In this document: one piece after another, positions 61,140 through 64,000 of the stretch | How the letters are laid out: each line of letters opens with the position of its first letter | How positions within the stretch are numbered: the stretch's first letter is position 1 | Origin: Macrostomum hystrix | Lineage: Eukaryota > Animalia > Platyhelminthes | DNA: 64,000 nucleotides | Direction of reading: 5' to 3' | NCBI GenBank assembly: GCA_950097015.1 | Contig: CATNEN010000003.1 | Span: 4,836,001-4,900,000, forward strand | Notes under the pieces: model-generated | Told to the model about the DNA's origin: nothing | Database searches by the model: none | Seen by the model: only the letters and a program-made list of their open reading frames with translations | Position numbers and translations under genes: made by a program

Positions 61140-61573
61140 GCCACGGCTCCGCTAGACGAGATCAAGCGCAAGTATCCGGTTAGCGGGCTGGCTAAGCGAA
61201 TGAGCATCGCCGCGTCCGATCTGTTGGGCAAATCGCACGACGAACTCCTTCTGCTGCTCATCCAGCTGAATCGCGAGAAGGCCTCTCTGGAGCGTCGCCG
61301 AGATTATTACCTAGCTCTGCTGCGCAGGCAGCCAGACATGAGAGGCGCTGACAGAATGCAGGCCGACCTTCGAGAGATCGACAATCAGATTGAGCTGCAC
61401 GATCCGCTAATCACCTTCATTAATAATATTATATCTATGGGAGCATTGTACAACGGCGACGATGTGATGTTCGCCTCGGAGTATCGTCAGCACCTGCTGC
61501 AACCGGGCGAAGTTAAACAGGTCAAGGCTAATGTGGGATTCCTGCGCAGACAACAGGAGCGAGAAGTCGCCAG
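61140..61573 (+). CDS. PH-domain gene, exon 8 (conserved coiled-coil region)
   Basis: RMSIAASDLLGKSHDELLLLLIQL resembles, from recall, a block conserved in invertebrate PLEKHA5/6/7-type proteins. Confidence 0.8.
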
Positions 61574-61692
61574 GTTAGAGAAGATAACTGATTCTCTACT
61601 CTATTGTTACTTTTAATAGTCTTTTCTCTGGAACGCGGGCCAGATGCGGCCCTCGAAGCTCCCAAATCCGGCACCCATCGCTCCTTCCGACA

Positions 61693-62246
61693 CCTCATCT
61701 TTCCCGTATCTCATCTCTCCCGTGTCTCATCCCTCCCGTGTCTCATCTCTCCTGTGTCTCATCTCCCATGTCTCATCTCTCCCGTGTCTTATCTCTCCCG
61801 TATCTCAACTCTCCCGTGTCTCATCTCTCCTGTGTCTCATCTCCCATGTATCATCTCTCCCGTGTCTTATCTCTCCCGTATCTCAACTCTCCCGTATCTC
61901 AACTCTCCCGTGTCTCATCTCTCCCGTATCTCAACTCTCCCGTATCTAAACTCTCCCGTATCTACTCTCTCCCGTATCTCATCTCTCCCGTATCTCATCT
62001 CTCCCGTATCTCATCTTTCCCGTATCTCATCTCTCCCGTGTCTCATCTCTCCCGTGTCTTATCTCTCCTGTGTCTCATCTCTCCCGTGTCTCATCTCTCC
62101 CATGTGTCATCTCTCCTGTGTCTCATCTCTCCCGTGTCTCATCTCTCCCATGTGTCATCTCTCCTGTGTCTCATCTCTCCCGTGTCTCATCTCTCCCATG
62201 TCTCATCTCTCCCGTGTCTCATCTCTCCTGTGTCTCATCTCTCCCG
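61693..62246. repeat. Minisatellite, 16-bp unit TCTCATCTCTCCCGTG in PH-gene intron 8
   Basis: Reverse complement of the 1-770 unit. Confidence 0.95.
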
Positions 62247-62347
62247 ATTTTTAAGTTTTTAGATAATCTTTAGGTAGTCTACTCTCACAGGGTGAGATTT
62301 CTACCCAACACTAAATCTAACACTGAGCACTATGTTCAAACTTGCAG

Positions 62348-63117
62348 ACAGTTCTCAGGCCAGTCCTCGGGTGTTGACTCGGTTGACGCTGACATCCTAG
62401 CCGGAGCTTCTCTGACAATATCCGGCGCTCCGGAGAGTCGTGAATTCGTTGTCACTCGTCAACAATTGGAGGCCGAACTAAACGAATTGGAAACTGTCTA
62501 CGCCGAACATCGCAGAAGGAAGACTAACCTAGCAGCCTTCATGTCCGACCTGGGTCGTCGTACGGCTGTGGCCTCCGCTGGCAAGTCGTTCGTATCGATC
62601 GGCGGTCAGCAACAGGTGTCTGGCTCATCTGGCTCCTACCTGGAGACCGACCTAGATACCGGGGCTACTATAGATTTGGCGGCTAAATTTCCGCAGCGTA
62701 GAACCGCCGTGTCTGCGCGCGGTTCCGCTGTAGCTTCCGTGTCGACTACAATGAGGTCTCAGCAGCAGCAGCAGCAGCAGAGGTCAAGAACAATGCCAAC
62801 TCAGTCTCGCGTCGATGCCAATGGCATTCCGTTGCGTGCCAGCGCCTCCGTTACTCTAGATCGTCAAGGGGTTAGCAGTGTATCTGACGATGTTTTCACT
62901 CAGCAGCATCAGCAACGGCAGCAGCAGCAGCAGCAGCAACAGCAGCAGTCGTCAAGCTCAAACACTCAACGAACTGTCGGCGGTGGCATTGGTGGCTACG
63001 AAGTTACTGCAACTAAAACTACTAGTAGCTATCAGAGGCCTCCGCCCCCACCTGTGCCGCAGCAGCAGCAGCAGCAGCAGATTCTGCAGCAGCAACAGTA
63101 TGGCGTCACTGTTGTTG
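62348..63117 (+). CDS. PH-domain gene, exon 9
   Basis: Open frame QFSGQ...YLETDLDTG...polyQ; donor GTGAGT; phases match both neighbours. Confidence 0.8.
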
Positions 63118-63187
63118 GTGAGTAAAATCGATTCAGTTAAAAGCTGCTATCTTTTAATGTCATTAGTGTCAAATGCAATCATAAGCC

Positions 63188-63447
63188 AGGTCATATCGTC
63201 ATTATCTAGGTCATATCGTCATTGTCTAGGTCATATCGTCTTCATCTAGGTCATGTTGCCATTATCTAGGTCATATCGTCATTATCTAGGTCATATGATC
63301 ATTATCTAGGTCATATCTAGGTCATATCGTCATTATCTAGGTCATATGATCATTATCTAGGTCATATCTAGGTCATAGCATCATTATCTAGGTCATATCA
63401 TCATTAACTAGGTAATATCTAGGTCATATCGTCATTGTCTAGGTCAT
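63188..63447. repeat. Minisatellite, 20-bp unit ATCTAGGTCATATCGTCATT in PH-gene intron 9
   Basis: Tandem unit read directly. Confidence 0.9.
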
Positions 63448-63524
63448 GGCATGAGCTAGTTATAACAAATGCGGCCTCTAAATCTCATATTTTCTCCCCG
63501 TTCTTCTTACGCGCCGCAATTTAG

Positions 63525-64000
63525 AAACCAGCAAGAGCTACACAACGTCCGCTGCTCCGACTGCTGTCGGAGGAGGCAACTCCGTCACCCTCAGCGGTCG
63601 GATCCCTGATCCGGACGAGTTCTTGCGCGAGCGGACGGCTCGACTATCGTCAACCAGCGGCGGCAGCGGTCTGCCTCCCGGCCAGCCACCGCCTGAGGTG
63701 TACGTGTCTCAGCCGCAGCTTTACCAAGGCTACGCGGTTAGCCGGGCTAGCGGCGGTGTCGGCGGAGATAATCACACAGTGTCGATGCAGGAGAAGCTGA
63801 ATCTAGCTCTGGGCATCGATTCGCTGGACTCTCCGGTAGGTCGGCAGGCAGCCCGGCCGACAACATCGGCCGCTGCCACACTGGGCAGCGCCGGTACTAA
63901 GAAGCCGTTAATCTCGCTAGACGCCAGTCGATACAAGCGGAACACGAATTATAGTGCCAATCTTCACGGCGATCATCGGAATGAGGCTCTTGATAATCTT
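63525..64000 (+). CDS. PH-domain gene, exon 10 (runs off the window)
   Basis: TAG acceptor; frame TSKSYTT...PDPDEFLRER...NEALDNL stays open to the window end. Confidence 0.75.

Overview
Eukaryotic (animal) genomic DNA. By hand estimate about 40% of the window lies in more than 30 distinct micro/minisatellite arrays. The style (polyQ CAG-rich exons, dense minisatellites) suggests a Macrostomum-like flatworm, but that is inference only. Four protein genes lie on the + strand: (1) an intronless Kekkon-like LRR-Ig transmembrane gene (11914-14307); (2) a 4-exon SLC26/prestin-like anion transporter (33036-39056); (3) a 3-exon ETFDH (44405-47605); (4) a PLEKHA5/6/7-like PH-domain gene with at least 10 exons (53021 to past the window end). 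There is also a decayed piggyBac transposase on the - strand and two tRNA-derived SINE families (one with a CORE-like domain), 8 copies in all. The most striking unexplained structure is the minisatellite organisation. Almost every intron, including a predicted 3'UTR intron, holds its own array. Neighbouring arrays share short core motifs, often in inverted orientation. Unit lengths cluster at 19-24, 30-32 and 42 bp. Several units are built around transcription-factor-like or splice-site-like motifs. Each of the four genes has a 3' acceptor just upstream of its ATG with no obvious nearby donor, compatible with SL trans-splicing/operons or with distant non-coding first exons. Most long ORFs in the supplied track are repeat artefacts. 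Array coordinates are approximate.
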